A stretch of DNA of 64,000 bases from Thermoplasmata archaeon. Its GTDB lineage: Archaea; Thermoplasmatota; Thermoplasmata; Lutacidiplasmatales; UBA184. Below, in pieces: positions 18,018-27,407 of this stretch. Below the pieces are notes generated by a model. That model was not told where the DNA came from. It searched no databases and was given only the letters and a program-made list of their open reading frames with translations. Made by a program: the position numbers and the translations under genes. Every line of letters begins with the position of its first letter. The first letter of the stretch is position 1. The stretch is from positions 109,221 through 173,220 of the forward strand of contig JAKIWI010000002.1 of NCBI GenBank assembly GCA_022750115.1. The letters run 5' to 3'.

Positions 18018-20501
18018 CTAAAGTCCTTTCCGAGAGTCGGAACGACCTCGGGTGGCCACGAGCCGGGTCCAGCGCTCGCGGGCGTCTGCGAGTTCGTCGG
18101 GTTCCAGCTCGGGCCCGAGCAGCTCCCGGAGCCGATCCCGTCGGACCGTCCAACTCCGGCCCGCGGGCGAATCCGTCGCCTCGAGTGCCGCCGCCGCTGC
18201 GAGCCGACCTCCCGCGAGCCGAACCGCATCCCCGTCCGGGTCGATGACCGACCGGAGCTCATCCAGCAGAACCGTCAGCGAGTCCCGCTCTCCCCCGTCG
18301 AGGAACCCGGCCCACAGCACGAGCAGCGCCGTCCGAGCCCCCTCCCGGCCCCCCCGTTCGTCCGAGGGCCCGCCGGAGTCCGGTTCGGGCGCAACGTCGA
18401 GGTCTTCGGGAGCCGCCCACAGATCCCGCGACTGCTCCCAGACCTCCCTCCAGCGATCCGGACGGGGGCGTTCGGGCGCGAACGGGAGTCGGACCCATCC
18501 CGATTCCCCGCCCTTCCCGATCAGGACCGCGGCTTCTCCCCGGCGAAGCGAGAGGGTCGACTCGATCGACAGTTCACTGACCCAACGGGCGAGCTCGCGA
18601 GCGTCGTCGGGGGATCCACGGAACACGACAAGGTCCGCACTGTTGGTGAGCGCCGCCTCCCGGACGGATTCCGCCAGGGACGCGAGCGACTGGGTCGCCG
18701 CCCACAGATGGGCGTTGAACCGCCGGCCGAGGCGCCACAACTCCACGGCGGACTCGTTGGCGAACCACTGGATCTCGTCGGCGACGACGAACACCTTCTC
18801 CGACGAGCCTCGCGAGATGAGGTCGGACCACAGCAGCGCGAGATGGACCGAGAGCAGCAACCGTGCCGCCGACTCGCCGACATCGGGCGCATCGCCGCTG
18901 AGCACGACGATCTTCCCGGCCCGAGCGGACGCGGCCACCGAGAACGTCGATTCCCGGCCCGCCAACATCCGGGCGAGGACGGGAGAGCGGACGACCTCGT
19001 CGAGGACGCGGCGCGCTCCGTCCAGCTCCTCGGGCCGAGAGCGGGCCCGGTCGGTCAGTTCGCGAACCGCGTCCCGCGCGGCCGGCGGGACGGTGCGTTC
19101 GCGCGTCGCTCCGCTTCCCAGGAGGGCCGCCGCCTCCCGGAGGGTGCCCTGCGGGTAGCGCGAAGCGGCCCGGAGCGCCAAGTGGACCATCTCCTCGACG
19201 CGCGGTCCCCAGAACGGCGAGTCGGCGTAGCGGCCCGCGCGAACCCGGCGGAGCGCCTGGACCAGGTCGGCGAGCGCCCGATCGCCCGCGGGCCCAGGGC
19301 GCGTCGCCCCAGCGAGCGCGTTGACGGCCACCGGCGAGACCGAGGGCGAAACCCAGACCACCCGGCCGACCGCGCTCGACGGCAAACGGTCCAGGAGGCG
19401 CCGCGACGTGTCCCCGACGGGGTCGAAGAAGACGACACCGCCGCGCTCGGCCGCGCGGACGGTCGCGTGGAGGAGCGCGGTGCTCTTGCCCATTCCGGTT
19501 TCCCCGAGGAACAGCGCGTGCCGCCCCTGGTGAGGTTCGACGGGCAAGCCCCACACGCGACCCGAACTCGAGCGGGCGATCGGGATGGTCGCTGCCGCCG
19601 GGGAGAGCTCGGAGGACGGGATCGGGAGGCGGAGTCCTGGGGACGGGAACAGTGCCGCGACCTCGGGCAGGGCGAGGACGATGGGTGGTGGGCCGCGCGC
19701 CCGGAGCCTCCCGACCCGCCGCCAAGCGAGGCCGTTCCCTCCGTCGGCCCGCGCCGCGGCCGCGACCATCCGGCCGCAGGACTCGCCGGCACTCCGATCC
19801 GGACTGGACAGGACCGCTCGGACGTCCCACTGCGGAGCCAGAAGTCGTTCCGCCGCCGCATCCGAGAGCCGGCGCGCCACCGTCGGTGGGGGTTGCGCTC
19901 GGAACCCCGACGGTTGCTCGACGAACGACGTGGGGGTGGCGATGGAGCTCGCTGCGCCGAGAGGACGAAGCCGCCATTCGAGGCGCGTTCCGGGCGGGAG
20001 GAGCGTGAACGCGGAAACGACGGAGTCCGACCAGGGAGCGAGCCACTCTACCGCCCACGGATGGGGAAGCCCGGGACCGAACAGCGAACGGCCGACCGCC
20101 GCCCATCCGGGGGCCCGAGGCGCGGGGGTCGCCTCGACCCAACTGCCCGCCGGATAGGCTGGAAGGAGCGTAGCCGTCAGCCAGTCGGAAGTCGCGCGGT
20201 CGGCGGCCGTGAGCCGGACCCCGCCCGCCGAGCCGCTCCGCCAGGTGATCTCGAAATCGACGGGGCATCCCCCCGCCAGTCGAAGGGCACCCAGCAGCGC
20301 GTAGTGGAACCGGTCGGGCCGCTCCGGCCTTCGAGCGACGGCGCTTCCGCGGAACGCCCACGACCTCCACTCTTTTCTCGCGCCGATGGGATTCCGTACC
20401 ACGAGAACGGCTGCCGAAGGCGGGAGAAGTCCGATGCGGACCCGACGAACGATGAACGACGAGTCCGGCCGCCGGAGAGCGAGCCGATATGTACGGTGCA
20501 C
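18018..20501 (-). CDS. TraD/VirD4/HerA-FtsK-like P-loop NTPase with an uncharacterised ~330-aa N-terminal domain
   Basis: Walker A 'FLGETGMGKST', Walker B 'KVFVVADEIQWF', and 'LWAATQSLASL' as in T4SS coupling-protein-type ATPases. I saw no TM segment. The start is uncertain because it overlaps the divergent drg ORF start. Confidence 0.7.
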   Translation of the reverse strand: MHRTYRLALRRPDSSFIVRRVRIGLLPPSAAVLVVRNPIGARKEWRSWAFRGSAVARRPERPDRFHYALLGALRLAGGCPVDFEITWRSGSAGGVRLTAADRATSDWLTATLLPAYPAGSWVEATPAPRAPGWAAVGRSLFGPGLPHPWAVEWLAPWSDSVVSAFTLLPPGTRLEWRLRPLGAASSIATPTSFVEQPSGFRAQPPPTVARRLSDAAAERLLAPQWDVRAVLSSPDRSAGESCGRMVAAAARADGGNGLAWRRVGRLRARGPPPIVLALPEVAALFPSPGLRLPIPSSELSPAAATIPIARSSSGRVWGLPVEPHQGRHALFLGETGMGKSTALLHATVRAAERGGVVFFDPVGDTSRRLLDRLPSSAVGRVVWVSPSVSPVAVNALAGATRPGPAGDRALADLVQALRRVRAGRYADSPFWGPRVEEMVHLALRAASRYPQGTLREAAALLGSGATRERTVPPAARDAVRELTDRARSRPEELDGARRVLDEVVRSPVLARMLAGRESTFSVAASARAGKIVVLSGDAPDVGESAARLLLSVHLALLWSDLISRGSSEKVFVVADEIQWFANESAVELWRLGRRFNAHLWAATQSLASLAESVREAALTNSADLVVFRGSPDDARELARWVSELSIESTLSLRRGEAAVLIGKGGESGWVRLPFAPERPRPDRWREVWEQSRDLWAAPEDLDVAPEPDSGGPSDERGGREGARTALLVLWAGFLDGGERDSLTVLLDELRSVIDPDGDAVRLAGGRLAAAAALEATDSPAGRSWTVRRDRLRELLGPELEPDELADARERWTRLVATRGRSDSRKGL

Positions 20502-21643
20502 CGTCGGGACGACGGAGCCTCGACGTGTCCGCCCTCGAAGAGCAGATCACCGCGGTCGAGGACGAGATCCGCAACACCCAGTACAACAAGGCGACGCAGC
20601 GCCACATCGGTCGACTGCGGGCGAAGCTCGCGGTCCTGCGCCTCGAACGGGAGACCCGGGCGAAGGGGAAGGGCGGCGGAACTGGGTACTCGGTCCGCAA
20701 ATCCGGCCACGCGACGGTCGGCCTCGTCGGCTACCCCTCGGTCGGAAAGTCGACCCTACTCACCCGGCTCACGGGCGCCGAGAGCGAGGCGGGCGCCTAC
20801 GATTTCACGACCACCTCGATCATTCCCGGGATGCTCCGCTGGGGCGGCGCGTCCATCCAGATCCTCGATATGCCCGGACTGGTGCCCGGGGCGGCGAAGG
20901 GGCGCGGTCGCGGACGCGAAGTGCTGTCGGTCGTCCGCGCCGTCGACCTCGTGCTCTACCTCATCGACCCGGAGCACACCGACTTCACGGCGCTCAAGAA
21001 CGAGCTCGAAGGATCCGGGGTCCGCAACAACCAGCGCCCGCCCCGCATCGTTGTGACCCGCGCCGACCGCGGGGGACTCACCGTCTCGAGCACGGTCAAA
21101 TTGACCCATCTCGCCGGAGGGCTCGCGGCCGACATCGCGCGCGAGTTCGGCCTCCACAACGGGCAGATCGTCCTGCGCGAGGACGCGACCTCCGACCAGC
21201 TCATCGATGTACTCGCGGGGAACCGGGTCTACCTCCCCGCGATCCTCGCCGTCAACAAGTGCGAGCTGTTGTCGCCGGCCCAGCGAGAGGCGATGGCGGT
21301 GCGCCTCCGCGAGTTCCGCCCGCGGTTCATCTCGGCGCGGGATCGCATCGCCCTGCCCGACCTCGTGGAGGCCATCGGCGAGGCGCTCCAGTTCATCCGG
21401 ATCTACGTCAAGCCCCCGGGGGAGGACCCCGACATGGACGAACCCGTGATCCTCCGCAAGGGCAACAAGATCACCGACCTGCTGAAGCGCCTCCCCACGG
21501 AGCTCGACGCGGCGTTCAAGTCAGCGCAGGTGTGGGGAACGAGTGCCCGGTTCCCCGGTCAGACCGTCGGCCGGGACCATCCGCTCGCCGACGAGGACAT
21601 CATCACCGTCGTCGTGCAACGCGGGGCGCGCCCCGGCGCTTAG
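20489..21643 (+). CDS. drg: Developmentally regulated GTP-binding protein (DRG, Obg family, TGS domain)
   Basis: 'IRNTQYNKATQRHIGRLRAKLA', G1 'GYPSVGKSTLL', 'DMPGL', and a C-terminal TGS-like 'GQTVGRDHPLADEDIITVV'. The in-frame GTG at 20525 is a likelier start. Confidence 0.88.
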   Translation: MYGAPSGRRSLDVSALEEQITAVEDEIRNTQYNKATQRHIGRLRAKLAVLRLERETRAKGKGGGTGYSVRKSGHATVGLVGYPSVGKSTLLTRLTGAESEAGAYDFTTTSIIPGMLRWGGASIQILDMPGLVPGAAKGRGRGREVLSVVRAVDLVLYLIDPEHTDFTALKNELEGSGVRNNQRPPRIVVTRADRGGLTVSSTVKLTHLAGGLAADIAREFGLHNGQIVLREDATSDQLIDVLAGNRVYLPAILAVNKCELLSPAQREAMAVRLREFRPRFISARDRIALPDLVEAIGEALQFIRIYVKPPGEDPDMDEPVILRKGNKITDLLKRLPTELDAAFKSAQVWGTSARFPGQTVGRDHPLADEDIITVVVQRGARPGA

Positions 21644-22340
21644 GCGACGCCGGCGGTTCGGGAACCGCGGGAGCGCCGGTGGCCCGCCCGCCGAGGAGGA
21701 AGTGGCGTTTGTGGAACGGCTCGAGCCCGAGTGGCGTGTCGAGCTCGAATCCCGGGGAGAGCCGCTCGACGGCGGAGGCGAGGTGGTCGCGGGGCGACTT
21801 TTCTCGCCCCATGCTGGCGGTCTTCAGCGCGAGCAGGAGCATCCCGGACGGACGGAGGAACCAGCGCGCGTTCTCGCGGGCGATCTCGACCTGGTCGACC
21901 TGCGCCAGATCGACGTAGAGCCCGTCGACGGGCGGCACCATCGGAAGATAGTCGAGGGGGGCGTGTGCGTCGCCCAGGATGGGACCCAGGTTCGGATACC
22001 GGCGGCCGAGCGCGAGGAGGCGGGCGAACGGCCGCAGGCTCTTCTCCACCGCGAACACGAATCCGTCCCGCCCGACGAGGTCGGCGACGTGCGAGGCGGT
22101 GGTGCCGGTCGCGGCGCCCAGGTACAGCCAGCGCTCGCCGGACCTCGGGAGCGCGCCGTCCCAGCCCTTGGCGAGTGCGGCCCCGAGCTTGCTGCGCGAC
22201 GGGTCCCACCTCCGGAGAACCGAATCCTCGACGGCGGTTACGCGCTCCCCGTACACGGCCGCCGGTTCGGAGAGGGCGACCGTCCAGTGGGAGTCGCCTT
22301 CGCGATCCTCCCGGACGAACAGCCGTTCACCGGGCGCCAT
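21603..22340 (-). CDS. flpA: Fibrillarin (C/D box sRNP 2'-O-methyltransferase)
   Basis: 'WDPSRSKLGAAL', SAM motif 'LYLGAATGTTASHVADLV', and 'LGDAHAP'. Start at the internal ATG (complement of 22338-22340). The basic C-terminal tail overlaps the drg 3' end. Confidence 0.9.
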   Translation of the reverse strand: MAPGERLFVREDREGDSHWTVALSEPAAVYGERVTAVEDSVLRRWDPSRSKLGAALAKGWDGALPRSGERWLYLGAATGTTASHVADLVGRDGFVFAVEKSLRPFARLLALGRRYPNLGPILGDAHAPLDYLPMVPPVDGLYVDLAQVDQVEIARENARWFLRPSGMLLLALKTASMGREKSPRDHLASAVERLSPGFELDTPLGLEPFHKRHFLLGGRATGAPAVPEPPASPKRRGAPRVARRR

Positions 22341-22363
22341 CCGGGTGGGGCGGTGCGCGACCC

Positions 22364-23239
22364 TCACGTTCGCCTCTGCAACAGCTGCTCGAGTCGCCGA
22401 TCCCGTCGGCGCACGAGCACCGGCGCCAGATCGGCCCGCGTCGTAGAATCCGCCCGTGCGGCGATCACGGCCAGGGCGGCGAGGGTCCGCGCGTACGCTC
22501 CCTGCCGGTCCGGAGGCAGACGGTCGACGCCCTCCGCTCGGTAGAGGAGACCGAACCTGGGACCTCGTCCTCCCCCAGGACGACGTCGGGAACCGAGAAG
22601 CTGGAGCCGGGACGCCGGCATGCGCGCGATCATGCCGAGGCCACCGCCGGCGGCGATCAATCGTGCCGCCACCCTCGGCCCGACCACACGCGACAGGTTG
22701 GGAGCGAATGCGTGAGCGACCCTCTCCGTCCGCGCCACGAGGTCGGCGTGGTGGCGCTCGAGCTGCGAGCGAAAGAGGGCCCAGTCGTCCGCGTACTCCG
22801 CGAGCGGACCCTCCGAGGGTCCGAGCCAACTCGCTCTCGCGCCGTCGTCGCGCGACCTGGCCCTCTCGACCCGTTCTTCCTCGCGGGCGAGCGCGATCAC
22901 GGTTTCCTCGGGGCTCGAGAGCGCCTCGGCGAGGCTCGCCTCCGCCTCCCGAAGCAACGACTCGCGCCGCTGGGCCGACGTTCGCTTCGGCAGCGCCGCT
23001 CGCGCTCGCGCGAAGACGGCGCGACTCGCCAAGGTCGCGGAAAAACCCACGGACCGAAGCGCTTCGAGGACCACCGGGTCCCCGGCCTGGATACCGGCCA
23101 CCGCGGCGAGCTTCCGAATCCCTCTCGGCTCCGGTGCCTCGCGGGGTGTCCGCGTCAGCTCAGCGGCACCGACGGTGCGATGCTCGACATCGACGACGAC
23201 CCACCGTCGGTCCTCCCGGAGGAGGACGGGCGGCGCCAC
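22364..23239 (-). CDS. nop5: Nop5 (Nop56/58 homologue), C/D box sRNP core protein
   Basis: Nop domain 'APNLSRVVGPRVAARLIAAGGGLGMIARMPASRLQLLG'. It lies directly upstream of flpA in the classic nop5-flpA operon. Confidence 0.85.
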   Translation of the reverse strand: MAPPVLLREDRRWVVVDVEHRTVGAAELTRTPREAPEPRGIRKLAAVAGIQAGDPVVLEALRSVGFSATLASRAVFARARAALPKRTSAQRRESLLREAEASLAEALSSPEETVIALAREEERVERARSRDDGARASWLGPSEGPLAEYADDWALFRSQLERHHADLVARTERVAHAFAPNLSRVVGPRVAARLIAAGGGLGMIARMPASRLQLLGSRRRPGGGRGPRFGLLYRAEGVDRLPPDRQGAYARTLAALAVIAARADSTTRADLAPVLVRRRDRRLEQLLQRRT

Positions 23240-23242
23240 GCG

Positions 23243-24649
23243 CTAGAACTCCTCGAGAGACTTCTGGAACCGTCGCCGTTCCTCGGGGACGTCGAGGGGG
23301 TAGCGCCCGGTGAGGCACCCGAGGCAGAGACCTTCCTGGGGGATCCCGATCGAGGAGACGAGCCCGGGCAGGGAGAGATAGTGGACCGACTCCGCGCCGA
23401 GCACCTTCGCCACCTCGTCCTCGGTCCGGCCGTTCGCGACGAGCTCCTTGCGCTCCTTCATATCGATGCCGAAGTAGCAGGGCGCGACGATCGGCGGGCA
23501 GCCGATCCGCACGTCGACGCTCGTCGCTCCGGCCTGGCGGACCATGCTGACGATCTCGCGCAGCGTCGTTCCGCGGACGATGGAGTCGTCGATGAGGACG
23601 ATGCGCTTCCCTCGAAGGAGTCCCGGCACCGGGTGGAGCTTGACGCGGACCTCGTCTTCCCGGCGCTTCTGGTCCGGAAGGATGAACGTCCGCTCGACGT
23701 AGCGGTTCTTGATCAGGCCCTCCGCGTACGGGATCCCCGAGACCTCCGAGAAGCCGAGCGCCTGCGGGCGCGAGGAGTCCGGGACCGGGATCACGAGGTC
23801 CGCGGACGCCGGGGATTCGTGCGCGAGCGTCTGGCCGATGCGGTGGCGCACCTCGTAGACCATCTGGCCCTCGACGACGGAGTCGGGGCGCGAGAAGTAC
23901 ACCCACTCGAACATGCAGTGGGCCCTCTCCCCGACGTTGGTCATCCGGGAGGAGTGCAGCACCTGGCCTTTGTCGATGATCAGGACCTCGCCGGGGAGCA
24001 GGTCGCGGACCAGCCGGCCGCCCATCATCTCGATCGCGACGGACTCGCTCGCGATCGCGTAGCCCCCGTCGAGCGTGCCGAGGACGAGAGGACGGATGCC
24101 GAGCGGGTCTCGGAAGGCGACGAGGCGCTGGCCGACGAGCATCGCGACCGCGTAGCCGCCGATCAGCTCCGCGCACGCGCGTCGGATCGCGGCCTCCAGG
24201 TCGCGGGTCCGTCCGTATTCGAGCGCGATCATCGCGGCGATGGTCTCGGAGTCCGCGCTGCCGAGGAACTCCACGCCCTGCGCCTGGAGGCGTCGGCGGA
24301 TCCGCTCGAAGTTGACGAGGTCGCCGTTGTGCGCGAGCGCCGCGTCCTCGTCGCGGAGCTTTACGACGAGGGGCTGGGCGTTCTCGAGGTCGCTCGTGCC
24401 CGTCGTCGAATAGCGAACGTGGCCGATCCCGACGGAGCCGCGGAGCGACTCGATCTCCTCCTGGTCGAACACCTCGTGGACGAGGCCCATCCCCTTGCGG
24501 TGATGGAGCGTGCCGTGGCTGCTCGTCGCGATGCCGGCGGACTCCTGGCCGCGGTGCTGGAGCGCCCGGAGGCCGCGGTAGAGGTAGGGCGCGGCGCCCT
24601 TCCCCTGCAGCGAGACCCCGAGGACGCCGCAGGCTTCTCGTGGCGGCAT
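23243..24649 (-). CDS. purF: Amidophosphoribosyltransferase
   Basis: Ntn 'MPPREACGVLGV', the PRPP-binding 'RIVLIDDSIVRGTT', and C-terminal Cys residues. Confidence 0.93.
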   Translation of the reverse strand: MPPREACGVLGVSLQGKGAAPYLYRGLRALQHRGQESAGIATSSHGTLHHRKGMGLVHEVFDQEEIESLRGSVGIGHVRYSTTGTSDLENAQPLVVKLRDEDAALAHNGDLVNFERIRRRLQAQGVEFLGSADSETIAAMIALEYGRTRDLEAAIRRACAELIGGYAVAMLVGQRLVAFRDPLGIRPLVLGTLDGGYAIASESVAIEMMGGRLVRDLLPGEVLIIDKGQVLHSSRMTNVGERAHCMFEWVYFSRPDSVVEGQMVYEVRHRIGQTLAHESPASADLVIPVPDSSRPQALGFSEVSGIPYAEGLIKNRYVERTFILPDQKRREDEVRVKLHPVPGLLRGKRIVLIDDSIVRGTTLREIVSMVRQAGATSVDVRIGCPPIVAPCYFGIDMKERKELVANGRTEDEVAKVLGAESVHYLSLPGLVSSIGIPQEGLCLGCLTGRYPLDVPEERRRFQKSLEEF

Positions 24650-24723
24650 GACTCGGGTGGTGCCGAAATCGGCTCCCGACCCGAGTCACCCGGCCTTGGG
24701 ACTTAAGTCGAGCGCCGTTCGGC

Positions 24724-25038
24724 TCAGCCGAACAGCGCCGAGAGTCCCTCGGCGGCCTCTTCCTCGGTGACGCCCTTCTCTTCCTTCTTCTCTTCTTCCT
24801 TCTTGCCGCCCTTCTCCTCCTTCTTGTCGGAGGCCGGGGGAGCGGCCGCGGGGGCCGAGAACGTCTCGGCCTTCGCGAGGACCTCGGTGATGTTGACACC
24901 CTCGAGGCTGGCGAGCAGCGCCTTCACGCGGGCCCCGTCGGGGCTGACGCCCGCGGCGGAGAGGACCTGCGTGAGGCCCTTTTCATCGATCGGCTTTCCG
25001 GCGGCGTTGAGCAGCAGGGCTCCGTAGACGTACTCCAT
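24724..25038 (-). CDS. rpl12: Ribosomal stalk protein P1 (L12e)
   Basis: '[19 protein letters not shown]...' with a Lys/Glu-rich hinge and the conserved C-terminus 'GLSALFG'. Confidence 0.95.
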   Translation of the reverse strand: MEYVYGALLLNAAGKPIDEKGLTQVLSAAGVSPDGARVKALLASLEGVNITEVLAKAETFSAPAAAPPASDKKEEKGGKKEEEKKEEKGVTEEEAAEGLSALFG

Positions 25039-25069
25039 CGTTGTTCCTCCAGATTTGGTTCCGGGTGGA

Positions 25070-25930
25070 CTAGGATCCGACCAATCGCTCCAGGGCTCGC
25101 GCCTGGGCGAGCGCCTTCGCGAGGATCGGTTGCAGGGTAGCGGGCGTCGTGTAGCCCGCGGCGATGGCGAGGGCGAGCGCGCGCCGGTGGCCGCGCGCCA
25201 TGAGGAGCGGCGCGGTGACGGGCGTGGCGTAGGCGAGCTCGAGGGCGAGCGAAATGGCGGAGCGGTGCGCCCGGACCATCTCGCCGCGTTGGGCGTCGAG
25301 GTCGACGGCGAGGACGGAGGGGGGGTAGAAGGTGTCGCCGTCGACGGCGGCCCGGAGCTCGAGTCCGACCTCGAGCGGGAAGATGTCGAGGCGCGTCAGC
25401 AGTCCCGCGACTTCGCGGCTGATCGGGAGGCCGGCCTTGACAACGGTCGTGTCCTTCTTCAGGACGACCTTCCCCTTCTCAATCGCCGCGGGGAACCCCG
25501 CGTGCTGGAGCTCGCCGACGATCGGGCCGGGCTTGAAGCTCGTGGTCTGGGCGGGGACCACGATGTCCTTCGGGGCCAGCTCGCCGCCGCGCGCCGGGGT
25601 CGGCGAGCGGGTGCGCGAGAGCTCCTGGTAGAGTGAGAACGGGTTCCCCTCGGCTGTGAGCACGGCCGTCTGGTCGTTCACGTGCTCGAGAAGCGGTTTC
25701 AACGCCGGTCGGTCCGGCGCCGCGAGTTCGATGGCGTGGCGGAGCGAGCTGTTCGTCGAGACCACGATCGGATGACCGCGGTCGCGCAGCGCGCGGCGCA
25801 TCTTCTGAAGGGCCGAGGCCGGCACGCCACGGACGCCGATGATCGCCGTCGTGCGGTGCGAGCGGATGGTGTCGGCCAAGGCCGCCACCTCGGTGATCTT
25901 CTCGGGACGAACGGATCCACGGCCGGGCAT
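25070..25930 (-). CDS. rplP0: Ribosomal stalk protein P0 (uL10)
   Basis: '[39 protein letters not shown]' and its position in the L1-P0-P1 operon. Confidence 0.92.
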   Translation of the reverse strand: MPGRGSVRPEKITEVAALADTIRSHRTTAIIGVRGVPASALQKMRRALRDRGHPIVVSTNSSLRHAIELAAPDRPALKPLLEHVNDQTAVLTAEGNPFSLYQELSRTRSPTPARGGELAPKDIVVPAQTTSFKPGPIVGELQHAGFPAAIEKGKVVLKKDTTVVKAGLPISREVAGLLTRLDIFPLEVGLELRAAVDGDTFYPPSVLAVDLDAQRGEMVRAHRSAISLALELAYATPVTAPLLMARGHRRALALAIAAGYTTPATLQPILAKALAQARALERLVGS

Positions 25931-25944
25931 TGCTCTCTCCGAAC

Positions 25945-26583
25945 CTACCAGAGGCGGACGGCCGGACCCATGGAGGTCTTGACGTAGACCGACTCGATGT
26001 TGTTGCGGCCGCGCTCGAGCTTCCCCACGATCCGGGAAAGAAGGGCGTCGACGTTCTGCGCGATCTGCTCGGGCGGCATCGTCCGCGTCCCCACCGGGGC
26101 GTGGAACGTCCGGTTGCCCTTCGAGCGGACCCGCACGGAGCGCTTCAGGGCGTTGATGATGTTGGTTGGGTCGCCGCCGGGGGGCACGGGGCGGGGCATC
26201 TTTCCCCGCGGGCCGAGCACGACGCCGAGCCGCTTGCCGATCGTCGGCATCAGGGGCGCCTCGGCGAGGAAGAAATCGATCTCCTCAACGAGCTTCTTCG
26301 CGGCGGCCTTGTCCTTCATCAGCTCATCGAGCTGCGCCGGGGCCATCACGACGTCCGCGACGTCCTTCGCCTTCTGGCACATCTCGGGCGTCCCGAACAG
26401 AGCGACCCGCACGTTGCGGCCACGTCCGTTGGGGAGGGGAACCTCGTCCTCCAGCCGGTTCTTGGGGACCGACAGGTCGAGGTCTTTCAGGTTGATCGAC
26501 ACCTCGACCGTCTCCGGAAACGCGCGCTCCTTCGCTTTTTGGAGCGTTTCCGTGACGACATCGATGGAGCTCCGGTCGGCCAT
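25945..26583 (-). CDS. rpl1: Ribosomal protein L1 (uL1)
   Basis: 'FPETVEVSINLKDLDLSVPKNRL' and 'LGVVLGPRGKMP'. Start at the internal ATG (complement of 26581-26583). Confidence 0.92.
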   Translation of the reverse strand: MADRSSIDVVTETLQKAKERAFPETVEVSINLKDLDLSVPKNRLEDEVPLPNGRGRNVRVALFGTPEMCQKAKDVADVVMAPAQLDELMKDKAAAKKLVEEIDFFLAEAPLMPTIGKRLGVVLGPRGKMPRPVPPGGDPTNIINALKRSVRVRSKGNRTFHAPVGTRTMPPEQIAQNVDALLSRIVGKLERGRNNIESVYVKTSMGPAVRLW

Positions 26584-26727
26584 TTCTCCTCGAGGGTGGG
26601 GCCGCCGAGTTGGCACCCTTACATAAGCGTTGAGGCGCTTTTCGAGGCGCCCGCTCGTCGAGGGACCCGGAAAAACGGCAGGACCATATCCCTCGATCCC
26701 ATCGAGGGTTCCCGAGGGAGTCCGGCG

Positions 26728-27303
26728 ATGCGCGAGGAGAAACCAATCGCGGCGTTCGCCCTGTCGCTCGCCGGCGGAGTGATGATCTTCGTCGGCGGAC
26801 TCTTCCTCGCCGTCGTCAGCAGCGTCGCTGGGTCCATCGGCGCCAGCGGCCTCAGCGCGGCCGTCGGCGGGCTCTCCATCATCGGCCTTCTGATCGGATT
26901 CCTCGTCATCGTGTTCGCCGGCCTCCTCTACGAGTCCCCGGAGCATCACACGCCGTACGGGATCGTGATCGTCATTCTCTCGGCCGTCAGCATCTTTGGT
27001 GGGGGCGGCTTCCTCATCGGGATCATTCTCGGCTTGATCGGCGGAGTCCTCGCGATCCGTTTCGAGGTGGACGAGGACCCGAACTTCGAGTGGGAATACA
27101 ACGGAGTTCGACCGAGCATTCCCGGCTCCTCCGCCTCGCGCCCGACCCCGCGAATGCAGGGGCTCTGCGCGAACTGCCAATCGACCGTTCCGGTGGGAGC
27201 GGACCGCTGCCCGAATTGCGAGACTCCCTACCGTCCACCGTCCCGCCCGGAGCGCGGACGGCCGACGAGCGGTGCGGCCCCGAGCGGGTCCCGGACCCCC
27301 TAG
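26728..27303 (+). CDS. Gly-rich polytopic membrane protein with a C-terminal zinc ribbon
   Basis: About 4 TM segments, then 'CANCQSTVPVGADRCPNCETPY' (CxxC...CxxC). Start at the internal ATG 26728. Confidence 0.6.
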   Translation: MREEKPIAAFALSLAGGVMIFVGGLFLAVVSSVAGSIGASGLSAAVGGLSIIGLLIGFLVIVFAGLLYESPEHHTPYGIVIVILSAVSIFGGGGFLIGIILGLIGGVLAIRFEVDEDPNFEWEYNGVRPSIPGSSASRPTPRMQGLCANCQSTVPVGADRCPNCETPYRPPSRPERGRPTSGAAPSGSRTP

Positions 27304-27407
27304 GGACCTCGCGAACTTGGCTCAACGCCACCCAGCGCACCGAGGCCCCGTCGACGGCAGTTCCATATCCACAGGGCGGGTGGTGGAATCCGGGGAAAGG
27401 TTCGAAC

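Noticed and set aside
20489-20501. Divergent 13-nt overlap of the annotated 5' ends of drg and the large ATPase gene.
   Set aside because: This is almost certainly a start-codon assignment artefact. An in-frame GTG at 20525 gives a DRG N-terminus ('VSALEEQITAVEDEIRNTQYNKAT') that matches the family's usual beginning. It is not a biological overlap.
586-24706. Very long alternative-frame or antisense ORFs from the track, e.g. 586..2055, 2241..4856, 7002..8615, 8653..10095, 17142..21056, 18574..20700 and 21731..24706.
   Set aside because: Their translations are Arg/Pro/Gly/Ala-rich low-complexity strings with no motifs. Each fully overlaps a gene with clear family signatures. They are typical stop-codon-poor artefacts of GC-rich DNA.
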